A DNA stretch of 64,000 nt, taken from NCBI RefSeq assembly GCF_009914755.1, contig NC_060943.1. One strand, written 5' to 3'. The notes beneath the pieces were generated by a model. That model did no database searches and was not told where the DNA came from. It saw only the letters and a program-made list of their open reading frames with translations. Of the stretch, positions 39,501-53,400 are shown piece by piece; position 1 is the first letter of the stretch; every line of letters starts with the position of its first letter. This DNA comes from the human T2T-CHM13v2.0 reference genome, Homo sapiens. The position numbers and the translations under genes are program-made.

Positions 39501-42500
39501 TGCCTTGTGTTGTGTGTATTCAACTCACAGAGTTGAACGATCCTTTACACAGAGCAGACTTGAAACACTCTTTTTGTGGAATTTGCAAGTGGAGATTTCA
39601 GCCGCTTTGAGGTCAATGGTAGAATAGGAAATATCTTCCTATAGAAACTAGACAGAATGATTCTCAGAAACTCCTTTGTGATGTGTGCGTTCAACTCACA
39701 GAGTTTACCCTTTCTTTTCATAGAGCAGTTAGGAAACACTCTGTTTGTAAAGTCTGCAAGTGGATATTCAGACATCCTTGAGGCTTTCGTTGGAAACGGG
39801 ATTTCTTCATATTCTGCTAGAAAGAAGAATTCTCAGTAACTTCCTTGTGTTGTGTGTATTCAACTCACAGAGTTGAACGATCCTTTACACAGAGCAGACT
39901 TGAAACACTCTTTTTGTGGAATTTGCAAGTGGAGATTTCAGCCGCTTTGAGGTCAATGGTAGAATAGGAAATATCTTCCTATAGAAACTAGACAGAATGA
40001 TTCTCAGAAACTCCTTTGTGATGTGTGCGTTCAACTCACAGAGTTCAACCTTTCTTTTCATAGAGCAGTTGGGAAACACTCTGTTTGTAAAGTCTGCAAG
40101 TGGATATTCAGACTTCTTTGAGGCCTTCGTTGGAAGCGGGATTTCTTCATGTTCTGCTAGACAGAAGAATTCTCAGTAACTGCCTTGTGTTGTGTGTATT
40201 CAACTCACAGAGTTGAACGATCCTTTACACAGAGCAGACTTGAAACACTCCTTTTGTGGAATTTGCAAGTTGAGATTTCAGCCGCTTTGAGGTCAATGGT
40301 AGAATAGGAAATATCTTCCTATAGAAAGTAGACAGAATGATTCTCAGAAACTCCTTTGTGATGTGTGCGTTCAACTCACAGAGTTTAACCTTTCTTTTCA
40401 TAGAGCAGTTAGGAAACACTCTGTTTGTAAAGTCTGCAAGTGGATATTCAGACATCCTTGAGGCTTTCGTTGGAAACGGGATTTCTTCATATTCTGCTAG
40501 AAAGAAGAATTCTCAGTAACTTCCTTGTGTTGTGTGTATTCAACTCACAGAGTTGAACGATCCTTTACACAGAGCAGACTTGAAACACTCTTTTTGTGGA
40601 ATTTGCAAGTGGAGATTTCAGCCGCTTTGAGGTCAATGGTAGAATAGGAAATATCTTCCTATAGAAACTAGACAGAATGATTCTCAGAAACTCCTTTGTG
40701 ATGTGTGCGTTCAACTCACAGAGTTTAACCTTTCTTTTCATAGAGCAGTTAGGAAACACTCTGTTTGTAAAGTCTGCAAGTGGATATTCAGACATCCTTG
40801 AGGCTTTCGTTGGAAACGGGATTTCTTCATATTCTGCTAGAAAGAAGAATTCTCAGTAACTTCCTTGTGTTGTGTGTATTCAACTCACAGAGTTGAACGA
40901 TCCTTTACACAGAGCAGACTTGAAACACTCTTTTTGTGGAATTTGCAAGTGGAGATTTCAGCCGCTTTGAGGTCAATGGTAGAATAGGAAATATCTTCCT
41001 ATAGAAAGTAGACAGAATGATTCTCAGAAACTCCTTTGTGATGTGTGCGTTCAACTCACAGAGTTTAACCTTTCTTTTCATAGAGCAGTTGGGAAACACT
41101 CTGTTTGTAAAGTCTGCAAGTGGATATTCAGACATCCTTGAGGCTTTCGTTGTAAACGGGATTTCTTCATATTCTGCTAGAAAGAAGAATTCTCAGTAAC
41201 TTCCTTGTGTTGTGTGTATTCAACTCACAGAGTTGAACGATCCTTTACACAGAGCAGACTTGAAACACTCTTTTTGTGGAATTTGCAAGTGGAGATTTCA
41301 GCCGCTTTGAGTTCAATGGTAGAATAGGAAATATCTTCCTATAGAAACTAGACAGAATGATTCTCAGAAACTCCTTTGTGATGTGTGCGTTCAACTCACA
41401 GAGTTTAACCTCTCTTTTCATAGAGCAGTTGGGAAACACTCTGTTTGTAAAGTCTGCAAGTGGATATTCAGACTTCTTTGAGGCCTTCGTTGGAAGCGGG
41501 ATTTCTTCATGTTCTGCTAGACAGAAGAATTCTCAGAAACTTCCTTGTGTTGTGTGTTTTCAACTCACAGAGTTGAACGATCCTTTACACAGAGCAGACT
41601 TGAAACACTCCTTTTGTGGAATTTGCACGTGGAGATTTCAGCCGCTTTGAGGTCAATGGTAGAATAGGAAATATCTTCCTATAGAAAGTACACAGAATGA
41701 TTCTCAGAAACTCCTTTGTGATGTGTGCGTTCAACTCACAGAGTTTAACCTTTCTTTTCATAGAGCAGTTAGGAAACACTCTGTTTGTAAAGTCTGCAAG
41801 TGGATATTCAGACCTCCTTGAGGCCTTCGTTGGAAACGGGATTTCTTCATATTATGCTAGACAGAAGAATTCTCAGTAACTTCCTTGTGTTGTGTGTATT
41901 CAACTCACAGAGTTGAACGATCCTTTACACAGAGCAGACTTGAAACACTCTTTTTGTGGAATTTGCAAGTGGAGATTTCAGCCGCTTTGAGTTCAATGGT
42001 AGAATAGGAAATATCTTCCTATAGAAACTAGACAGAATGATTCTCAGAAACTCCTTTGTGATGTGTGCGTTCAACTCACAGAGTTCAACCTTTCTTTTCA
42101 TAGAGCAGTTGGGAAACACTCTGTTTGTAAAGTCTGCAAGTGGATATTCAGACTTCTTTGAGGCCTTCGTTGGAAGCGGGATTTCTTCATATTCTGCTAG
42201 ACAGAAGAATTCTCGGTAACTTCCTTGTGTTGTGTGTATTCAACTCACAGAGTTGAAAGATCCTTTACACAGAGCAGACTTGAAACACTCTTTTTGTGGA
42301 ATTTGCATGTGGAGATTTCAGCCGCTTTGAGGTCAATGGTAGAATTGGAAATATCTTCCTATAGAAACTAGACAGAATGATTCTCAGAAACTCCTTTGTG
42401 ATGTGTGCGTTCAACTCACAGAGTTTAACCTTTCTTTTCATAGAGCAGTTAGGAAACACTCTGTTTGTAAAGTCTGCAAGTGGATATTCAGACCTCCTTG

Positions 42501-42716
42501 AGGCCTTCGTTGGAAACGGGATTTCTTCATATTATGCTAGACAGAAGAATTCTCAGTAACTTCCTTGTGTTGTGTGTATTCAACTCACAGAGTTGAACGA
42601 TCCTTTACACAGAGCAGACTTGAAACACTCTTTTTGTGGAATTTGCAAGTGGAGATTTCAGCCGCTTTGAGGTCAATGGTAGAATAGGAAATATCTTCCT
42701 ATAGAAACTAGACAGA
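33537..42716 (+). repeat. 12-dimer block repeated at a 15-dimer (5100 bp) offset
   Basis: 33537-37616 matches 38637-42716. Shared rare variants are TCTCGG 37115/42215, GAAAGA 37158/42258, GCATGT 37208/42308 and GAATTGG 37246/42346. Confidence 0.85.
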
Positions 42717-44416
42717 ATGATTCTCAGAAACTCCTTTGTGATGTGTGCGTTCAACTCACAGAGTTCAACCTTTCTTTTCATAGAGCAGTTGGGAAACACT
42801 CTGTTTGTAAAGTCTGCAAGTGGATATTCAGACTTCTTTGAGGCCTTCGTTGGAAGCGGGATTTCTTCATATTCTGCTAGACAGAAGAATTCTCAGTAAC
42901 TGCCTTGTGTTGTGTGTATTCAACTCACAGAGTTGAACGATCCTTTACACAGAGCAGACTTGAAACACTCTTTTTGTGGAATTTGCAAGTGGAGATTTCA
43001 GCCGCTTTGAGGTCAATGGTAGAATAGGAAATATCTTCCTATAGAAACTAGACAGAATGATTCTCAGAAACTCCTTTGTGATGTGTGCGTTCAACTCACA
43101 GAGTTTACCCTTTCTTTTCATAGAGCAGTTAGGAAACACTCTGTTTGTAAAGTCTGCAAGTGGATATTCAGACATCCTTGAGGCTTTCGTTGGAAACGGG
43201 ATTTCTTCATATTCTGCCAGAAAGAAGAATTCTCAGTAACTTCCTTGTGTTGTGTGTATTCAACTCACAGAGTTGAACGATCCTTTACACAGAGCAGACT
43301 TGAAACACTCTTTTTGTGGAATTTGCAAGTGGAGATTTCAGCCGCTTTGAGTTCAATGGTAGAATAGGAAATATCTTCCTATAGAAACTAGACAGAATGA
43401 TTCTCAGAAACTCCTTTGTGATGTGTGCGTTCAACTCACAGAGTTCAACCTTTCTTTTCATAGAGCAGTTGGGAAACACTCTGTTTGTAAAGTCTGCAAG
43501 TGGATATTCAGACTTCTTTGAGGCCTTCGTTGGAAGCGGGATTTCTTCATGTTCTGCTAGACAGAAGAATTCTCAGAAACTTCCTTGTGTTGTGTGTTTT
43601 CAACTCACAGAGTTGAACGATCCTTTACACAGAGCAGACTTGAAACACTCCTTTTGTGGAATTTGCAAGTGGAGATTTCAGCCGCTTTGAGGTCAATGGT
43701 AGAATAGGAAATATCTTCCTATAGAAAGTAGACAGAATGATTCTCAGAAACTCCTTTGTGATGTGTGCGTTCAACTCACAGAGTTTAACCTTTCTTTTCA
43801 TAGAGCAGTTAGGAAACACTCTGTTTGTAAAGTCTGCAAGTGGATATTCAGACCTCCTTGAGGCCTTCGTTGGAAACGGGATTTCTTCATATTTTGCTAG
43901 ACAGAAGAATTCTCAGTAACTTCCTTGTGTTGTGTGTATTCAACTCACAGAGTTGAACGATCCTTTACACAGAGCAGACTTGAAACACTCTTTTTGTGGA
44001 ATTTGCAAGTGGAGATTTCAGCCGCTTTGAGTTCAATGGTAGAATAGGAAATATCTTCCTATAGAAACTAGACAGAATGATTCTCAGAAACTCCTTTGTG
44101 ATGTGTGCGTTCAACTCACAGAGTTCAACCTTTCTTTTCATAGAGCAGTTGGGAAACACTCTGTTTGTAAAGTCTGCAAGTGGATATTCAGACTTCTTTG
44201 AGGCCTTCGTTGGAAGCGGGATTTCTTCATATTCTGCTAGACAGAAGAATTCTCAGTAACTGCCTTGTGTTGTGTGTATTCAACTCACAGAGTTGAACGA
44301 TCCTTTACACAGAGCAGACTTGAAACACTCTTTTTGTGGAATTTGCAAGTGGAGATTTCAGCCGCTTTGAGGTCAATGGTAGAATAGGAAATATCTTCCT
44401 ATAGAAACTAGACAGA

Positions 44417-47400
44417 ATGATTCTCAGAAACTCCTTTGTGATGTGTGCGTTCAACTCACAGAGTTTAACCTTTCTTTTCATAGAGCAGTTAGGAAATACT
44501 CTGTTTGTAAAGTCTGCAAGTGGATATTCAGACCTCCTTGAGGCCTTCGTTGGAAACGGGATTTCTTCATATTATGCTAGACAGAAGAATTCTCAGTAAC
44601 TTCCTTGTGTTGTGTGTATTCAACTCACAGAGTTGAACGATCCTTTACACAGAGCAGACTTGAAACACTCTTTTTGTGGAATTTGCAAGTGGAGATTTCA
44701 GCCGCTTTGAGGTCAATGGTAGAATAGGAAATATCTTCCTATAGAAACTAGACAGAATGATTCTCAGAAACTCCTTTGTGATGTGTGCGTTCAACTCACA
44801 GAGTTCAACCTTTCTTTTCATAGAGCAGTTGGGAAACACTCTGTTTGTAAAGTCTGCAAGTGGACATTCAGACTTCTTTGAGGCCTTCGTTGGAAGCGGG
44901 ATTTCTTCATATTCTGCTAGACAGAAGAATTCTCAGTAACTGCCTTGTGTTGTGTGTATTCAACTCACAGAGTTGAACGATCCTTTACACAGAGCAGACT
45001 TGAAACACTCTTTTTGTGGAATTTGCAAGTGGAGATTTCAGCCGCTTTGAGGTCAATGGTAGAATAGGAAATATCTTCCTATAGAAACTAGACAGAATGA
45101 TTCTCAGAAACTCCTTTGTGATGTGTGCGTTCAACTCACAGAGTTTACCCTTTCTTTTCATAGAGCAGTTAGGAAACACTCTGTTTGTAAAGTCTGCAAG
45201 TGGATATTCAGACATCCTTGAGGCTTTCGTTGGAAACGGGATTTCTTCATATTCTGCTAGAAAGAAGAATTCTCAGTAACTTCCTTGTGTTGTGTGTATT
45301 CAACTCACAGAGTTGAACGATCCTTTACACAGAGCAGACTTGAAACACTCTTTTTGTGGAATTTGCAAGTGGAGATTTCAGCCGCTTTGAGGTCAATGGT
45401 AGAATAGGAAATATCTTCCTATAGAAACTAGACAGAATGATTCTCAGAAACTCCTTTGTGATGTGTGCGTTCAACTCACACAGTTTAACCTTTCTTTTCA
45501 TAGAGCAGTTAGGAAACACTCTGTTTGTAAAGTCTGCAAGTGGATATTCAGACCTCCTTGAGGCCTTCGTTGGAAACGGGATTTCTTCATATTATGCTAG
45601 ACAGAAGAATTCTCAGTAACTTCCTTGTGTTGTGTGTATTCAACTCACAGAGTTGAACGATCCTTTACACAGAGCAGACTTGAAACACTCTTTTTGTGGA
45701 ATTTGCAAGTGGAGATTTCAGCCGCTTTGAGTTCAATGGTAGAATAGGAAATATCTTCCTATAGAAACTAGACAGAATGATTCTCAGAAACTCCTTTGTG
45801 ATGTGTGCGTTCAACTCACAGAGTTCAACCTTTCTTTTCATAGAGCAGTTGGGAAACACTCTGTTTGTAAAGTCTGCAAGTGGATATTCAGACTTCTTTG
45901 AGGCCTTCGTTGGAAGCGGGATTTCTTCATGTTCTGCTAGACAGAAGAATTCTCAGTAACTTCCTTGTGTTGTGTGTATTCAACTCAGAGAGTTGAACGA
46001 TCCTTTACACAGAGCAGACTTGAAACACTCTTTTTGTGGAATTTGCAAGTGGAGATTTCAGCCGCTTTGAGGTCAATGGTAGAATAGGAAATATCTTCCT
46101 ATAGAAACTAGACAGAATGATTCTCAGAAACTCCTTTGTGATGTGTGCGTTCAACTCACAGAGTTTAACCTTTCTTTTCATAGAGCAGTTAGGAAACACT
46201 CTGTTTGTAAAGTCTGCAAGTGGATATTCAGACATCCTTGAGGCTTTCGTTGGAAACGGGATTTCTTCATATTCTGCTAGAAAGAAGAATTCTCAGTAAC
46301 TTCCTTGTGTTGTGTGTATTCAACTCACAGAGTTGAACGATCCTTTACACAGAGCAGACTTGAAACACTCTTTTTGTGGAATTTGCAAGTGGAGATTTCA
46401 GCCGCTTTGAGGTCAATGGTAGAATAGGAAATATCTTCCTATAGAAACTAGACAGAATGATTCTCAGAAACTCCTTTGTGATGTGTGCGTTCAACTCACA
46501 GAGTTTAACCTTTCTTTTCATAGCGCAGTTGAGAAACACTCTGTTTGTAAAGTCTGCAAGTGGATATTCAGACATCCTTGAGGCTTTCGTTGGAAACGGG
46601 ATTTCTTCATATTCTGCTAGAAAGAAGAATTCTCAGTAACTTCCTTGTGTTGTGTGTATTCAACTCACAGAGTTGAACGATCCTTTACACAGAGCAGACT
46701 TGAAACACTCTTTTTGTGGAATTTGCAAGTGGAGATTTCAGCCGCTTTGAGGTCAATGGTAGAATAGGAAATATCTTCCTATAGAAACTAGACAGAATGA
46801 TTCTCAGAAACTCCTTTGTGATGTGTGCGTTCAACTCACAGAGTTTAACCTTTCTTTTCATAGAGCAGTTAGGAAACACTCTGTTTGTAAAGTCTGCAAG
46901 TGGATATTCAGACATCCTTGAGGCTTTCGTTGTAAACGGGATTTCTTCATATTCTGCTAGAAAGAAGAATTCTCAGTAACTTCCTTGTGTTGTGTGTATT
47001 CAACTCACAGAGTTGAACGATCCTTTACACAGAGCAGACTTGAAACACTCTTTTTGTGGAATTTGCAAGTGGAGATTTCAGCCGCTTTGAGGTCAATGGT
47101 AGAATAGGAAATATCTTCCTATAGAAACTAGACAGAATGATTCTCAGAAACTCCTTTGTGATGTGTGCGTTCAACTCACAGAGTTTAACCTTTCTTTTCA
47201 TAGAGCAGTTGGGAAACACTCTGTTTGTAAAGTCTGCAAGTGGATATTCAGACATCCTTGAGGCTTTCGTTGGAAACGGGATTTCTTCATATTCTGCTAG
47301 AAAGAAGAATTCTCAGTAACGTCCTTGTGTTGTGTGTATTCAACTCACAGAGTTGAACGATCCTTTACACAGAGCAGACTTGAAACACTCTTTTTGTGGA

Positions 47401-50400
47401 ATTTGCAAGTGGAGATTTCAGCCGCTTTGAGTTCAATGGTAGAATAGGAAATATCTTCCTATAGAAACTAGACAGAATGATTCTCAGAAACTCCTTTGTG
47501 ATGTGTGCGTTCAACTCACAGAGTTCAACCTTTCTTTTCATAGAGCAGTTGGGAAACACTCTGTTTGTAAAGTCTGCAAGTGGATATTCAGACTTCTTTG
47601 AGGCCTTCGTTGGAAGCGGGATTTCTTCATATTCTGCTAGACAGAAGAATTCTCAGTAACTGCCTTGTGTTGTGTGTATTCAACTCACAGAGTTGAACGA
47701 TCCTTTACACAGAGCAGACTTGAAACACTCTTTTTGTGGAATTTGCAAGTGGAGATTTCAGCCGCTTTGAGGTCAATGGTAGAATAGGAAATATCTTCCT
47801 ATAGAAACTAGACAGAATGATTCTCAGAAACTCCTTTGTGATGTGTGCGTTCAACTCACAGAGTTTACCCTTTCTTTTCATAGAGCAGTTAGGAAACACT
47901 CTGTTTGTAAAGTCTGCAAGTGGATATTCAGACATCCTTGAGGCTTTCGTTGGAAACGGGATTTCTTCATATTCTGCTAGAAAGAAGAATTCTCAGTAAC
48001 TTCCTTGTGTTGTGTGTATTCAACTCACAGAGTTGAACGATCCTTTACACAGAGCAGACTTGAAACACTCTTTTTGTGGAATTTGCAAGTGGAGATTTCA
48101 GCCGCTTTGAGGTCAATGGTAGAATAGGAAATATCTTCCTATAGAAACTAGACAGAATGATTCTCAGAAACTCCTTTGTGATGTGTGCGTTCAACTCACA
48201 CAGTTTAACCTTTCTTTTCATAGAGCAGTTAGGAAACACTCTGTTTGTAAAGTCTGCAAGTGGATATTCAGACCTCCTTGAGGCCTTCGTTGGAAACGGG
48301 ATTTCTTCATATTATGCTAGACAGAAGAATTCTCAGTAACTTCCTTGTGTTGTGTGTATTCAACTCACAGAGTTGAACGATCCTTTACACAGAGCAGACT
48401 TGAAACACTCTTTTTGTGGAATTTGCAAGTGGAGATTTCAGCCGCTTTGAGTTCAATGGTAGAATAGGAAATATCTTCCTATAGAAACTAGACAGAATGA
48501 TTCTCAGAAACTCCTTTGTGATGTGTGCGTTCAACTCACAGAGTTCAACCTTTCTTTTCATAGAGCAGTTGGGAAACACTCTGTTTGTAAAGTCTGCAAG
48601 TGGATATTCAGACTTCTTTGAGGCCTTCGTTGGAAGCGGGATTTCTTCATGTTCTGCTAGACAGAAGAATTCTCAGTAACTTCCTTGTGTTGTGTGTATT
48701 CAACTCAGAGAGTTGAACGATCCTTTACACAGAGCAGACTTGAAACACTCTTTTTGTGGAATTTGCAAGTGGAGATTTCAGCCGCTTTGAGGTCAATGGT
48801 AGAATAGGAAATATCTTCCTATAGAAACTAGACAGAATGATTCTCAGAAACTCCTTTGTGATGTGTGCGTTCAACTCACAGAGTTTAACCTTTCTTTTCA
48901 TAGAGCAGTTAGGAAACACTCTGTTTGTAAAGTCTGCAAGTGGATATTCAGACATCCTTGAGGCTTTCGTTGGAAACGGGATTTCTTCATATTCTGCTAG
49001 AAAGAAGAATTCTCAGTAACTTCCTTGTGTTGTGTGTATTCAACTCACAGAGTTGAACGATCCTTTACACAGAGCAGACTTGAAACACTCTTTTTGTGGA
49101 ATTTGCAAGTGGAGATTTCAGCCGCTTTGAGGTCAATGGTAGAATAGGAAATATCTTCCTATAGAAACTAGACAGAATGATTCTCAGAAACTCCTTTGTG
49201 ATGTGTGCGTTCAACTCACAGAGTTTAACCTTTCTTTTCATAGAGCAGTTAGGAAACACTCTGTTTGTAAAGTCTGCAAGTGGATATTCAGACATCCTTG
49301 AGGCTTTCGTTGGAAACGGGATTTCTTCATATTCTGCTAGAAAGAAGAATTCTCAGTAACTTCCTTGTGTTGTGTGTATTCAACTCACAGAGTTGAACGA
49401 TCCTTTACACAGAGCAGACTTGAAACACTCTTTTTGTGGAATTTGCAAGTGGAGATTTCAGCCGCTTTGAGGTCAATGGTAGAATAGGAAATATCTTCCT
49501 ATAGAAACTAGACAGAATGATTCTCAGAAACTCCTTTGTGATGTGTGCGTTCAACTCACAGAGTTTAACCTTTCTTTTCATAGAGCAGTTAGGAAACACT
49601 CTGTTTGTAAAGTCTGCAAGTGGATATTCAGACATCCTTGAGGCTTTCGTTGGAAACGGGATTTCTTCATATTCTGCTAGAAAGAAGAATTCTCAGTAAC
49701 TTCCTTGTGTTGTGTGTATTCAACTCACAGAGTTGAACGATCCTTTACACAGAGCAGACTTGAAACACTCTTTTTGTGGAATTTGCAAGTGGAGATTTCA
49801 GCCGCTTTGAGGTCAATGGTAGAATAGGAAATATCTTCCTATAGAAACTAGACAGAATGATTCTCAGAAACTCCTTTGTGATGTGTGCTTTCAACTCACA
49901 GAGTTTAACCTTTCTTTTCATAGAGCAGTTAGGAAATACTCTGTTTGTAAAGTCTGCAAGTGGATATTCAGACCTCCTTGAGGCCTTCGTTGGAAACGGG
50001 ATTTCTTCATATTATGCTAGACAGAAGAATTCTCAGTAACTTCCTTGTGTTGTGTGTATTCAACTCACAGAGTTGAACGATCCTTTACACAGAGCAGACT
50101 TGAAACACTCTTTTTGTGGAATTTGCAAGTGGAGATTTCAGCCGCTTTGAGGTCAATGGTAGAATAGGAAATATCTTCCTATAGAAACTAGACAGAATGA
50201 TTCTCAGAAACTCCTTTGTGATGTGTGCGTTCAACTCACAGAGTTCAACCTTTCTTTTCATAGAGCAGTTGGGAAACACTCTGTTTGTAAAGTCTGCAAG
50301 TGGACATTCAGACTTCTTTGAGGCCTTCGTTGGAAGCGGGATTTCTTCATATTCTGCTAGACAGAAGAATTCTCAGTAACTGCCTTGTGTTGTGTGTATT

Positions 50401-53400
50401 CAACTCACAGAGTTGAACGATCCTTTACACAGAGCAGACTTGAAACACTCTTTTTGTGGAATTTGCAAGTGGAGATTTCAGCCGCTTTGAGGTCAATGGT
50501 AGAATAGGAAATATCTTCCTATAGAAACTAGACAGAATGATTCTCAGAAACTCCTTTGTGATGTGTGCGTTCAACTCACAGAGTTTACCCTTTCTTTTCA
50601 TAGAGCAGTTAGGAAACACTCTGTTTGTAAAGTCTGCAAGTGGATATTCAGACATCCTTGAGGCTTTCGTTGGAAACGGGATTTCTTCATATTCTGCTAG
50701 AAAGAAGAATTCTCAGTAACTTCCTTGTGTTGTGTGTATTCAACTCACAGAGTTGAACGATCCTTTACACAGAGCAGACTTGAAACACTCTTTTTGTGGA
50801 ATTTGCAAGTGGAGATTTCAGCCGCTTTGAGGTCAATGGTAGAATAGGAAATATCTTCCTATAGAAACTAGACAGAATGATTCTCAGAAACTCCTTTGTG
50901 ATGTGTGCGTTCAACTCACACAGTTTAACCTTTCTTTTCATAGAGCAGTTAGGAAACACTCTGTTTGTAAAGTCTGCAAGTGGATATTCAGACCTCCTTG
51001 AGGCCTTCGTTGGAAACGGGATTTCTTCATATTATGCTAGACAGAAGAATTCTCAGTAACTTCCTTGTGTTGTGTGTATTCAACTCACAGAGTTGAACGA
51101 TCCTTTACACAGAGCAGACTTGAAACACTCTTTTTGTGGAATTTGCAAGTGGAGATTTCAGCCGCTTTGAGTTCAATGGTAGAATAGGAAATATCTTCCT
51201 ATAGAAACTAGACAGAATGATTCTCAGAAACTCCTTTGTGATGTGTGCGTTCAACTCACAGAGTTCAACCTTTCTTTTCATAGAGCAGTTGGGAAACACT
51301 CTGTTTGTAAAGTCTGCAAGTGGATATTCAGACTTCTTTGAGGCCTTCGTTGGAAGCGGGATTTCTTCATGTTCTGCTAGACAGAAGAATTCTCAGTAAC
51401 TTCCTTGTGTTGTGTGTATTCAACTCAGAGAGTTGAACGATCCTTTACACAGAGCAGACTTGAAACACTCTTTTTGTGGAATTTGCAAGTGGAGATTTCA
51501 GCCGCTTTGAGGTCAATGGTAGAATAGGAAATATCTTCCTATAGAAACTAGACAGAATGATTCTCAGAAACTCCTTTGTGATGTGTGCGTTCAACTCACA
51601 GAGTTTAACCTTTCTTTTCATAGAGCAGTTAGGAAACACTCTGTTTGTAAAGTCTGCAAGTGGATATTCAGACATCCTTGAGGCTTTCGTTGGAAACGGG
51701 ATTTCTTCATATTCTGCTAGAAAGAAGAATTCTCAGTAACTTCCTTGTGTTGTGTGTATTCAACTCACAGAGTTGAACGATCCTTTACACAGAGCAGACT
51801 TGAAACACTCTTTTTGTGGAATTTGCAAGTGGAGATTTCAGCCGCTTTGAGGTCAATGGTAGAATAGGAAATATCTTCCTATAGAAACTAGACAGAATGA
51901 TTCTCAGAAACTCCTTTGTGATGTGTGCGTTCAACTCACAGAGTTTAACCTTTCTTTTCATAGCGCAGTTGAGAAACACTCTGTTTGTAAAGTCTGCAAG
52001 TGGATATTCAGACATCCTTGAGGCTTTCGTTGGAAACGGGATTTCTTCATATTCTGCTAGAAAGAAGAATTCTCAGTAACTTCCTTGTGTTGTGTGTATT
52101 CAACTCACAGAGTTGAACGATCCTTTACACAGAGCAGACTTGAAACACTCTTTTTGTGGAATTTGCAAGTGGAGATTTCAGCCGCTTTGAGGTCAATGGT
52201 AGAATAGGAAATATCTTCCTATAGAAACTAGACAGAATGATTCTCAGAAACTCCTTTGTGATGTGTGCGTTCAACTCACAGAGTTTAACCTTTCTTTTCA
52301 TAGAGCAGTTAGGAAACACTCTGTTTGTAAAGTCTGCAAGTGGATATTCAGACATCCTTGAGGCTTTCGTTGGAAACGGGATTTCTTCATATTCTGCTAG
52401 AAAGAAGAATTCTCAGTAACTTCCTTGTGTTGTGTGTATTCAACTCACAGAGTTGAACGATCCTTTACACAGAGCAGACTTGAAACACTCTTTTTGTGGA
52501 ATTTGCAAGTGGAGATTTCAGCCGCTTTGAGGTCAATGGTAGAATAGGAAATATCTTCCTATAGAAACTAGACAGAATGATTCTCAGAAACTCCTTTGTG
52601 ATGTGTGCGTTCAACTCACAGAGTTTAACCTTTCTTTTCATAGAGCAGTTGGGAAACACTCTGTTTGTAAAGTCTGCAAGTGGATATTCAGACATCCTTG
52701 AGGCTTTCGTTGGAAACGGGATTTCTTCATATTCTGCTAGAAAGAAGAATTCTCAGTAACGTCCTTGTGTTGTGTGTATTCAACTCACAGAGTTGAACGA
52801 TCCTTTACACAGAGCAGACTTGAAACACTCTTTTTGTGGAATTTGCAAGTGGAGATTTCAGCCGCTTTGAGTTCAATGGTAGAATAGGAAATATCTTCCT
52901 ATAGAAACTAGACAGAATGATTCTCAGAAACTCCTTTGTGATGTGTGCGTTCAACTCACAGAGTTCAACCTTTCTTTTCATAGAGCAGTTGGGAAACACT
53001 CTGTTTGTAAAGTCTGCAAGTGGATATTCAGACTTCTTTGAGGCCTTCGTTGGAAGCGGGATTTCTTCATATTCTGCTAGACAGAAGAATTCTCAGTAAC
53101 TGCCTTGTGTTGTGTGTATTCAACTCACAGAGTTGAACGATCCTTTACACAGAGCAGACTTGAAACACTCTTTTTGTGGAATTTGCAAGTGGAGATTTCA
53201 GCCGCTTTGAGGTCAATGGTAGAATAGGAAATATCTTCCTATAGAAACTAGACAGAATGATTCTCAGAAACTCCTTTGTGATGTGTGCGTTCAACTCACA
53301 GAGTTTACCCTTTCTTTTCATAGAGCAGTTAGGAAACACTCTGTTTGTAAAGTCTGCAAGTGGATATTCAGACATCCTTGAGGCTTTCGTTGGAAACGGG

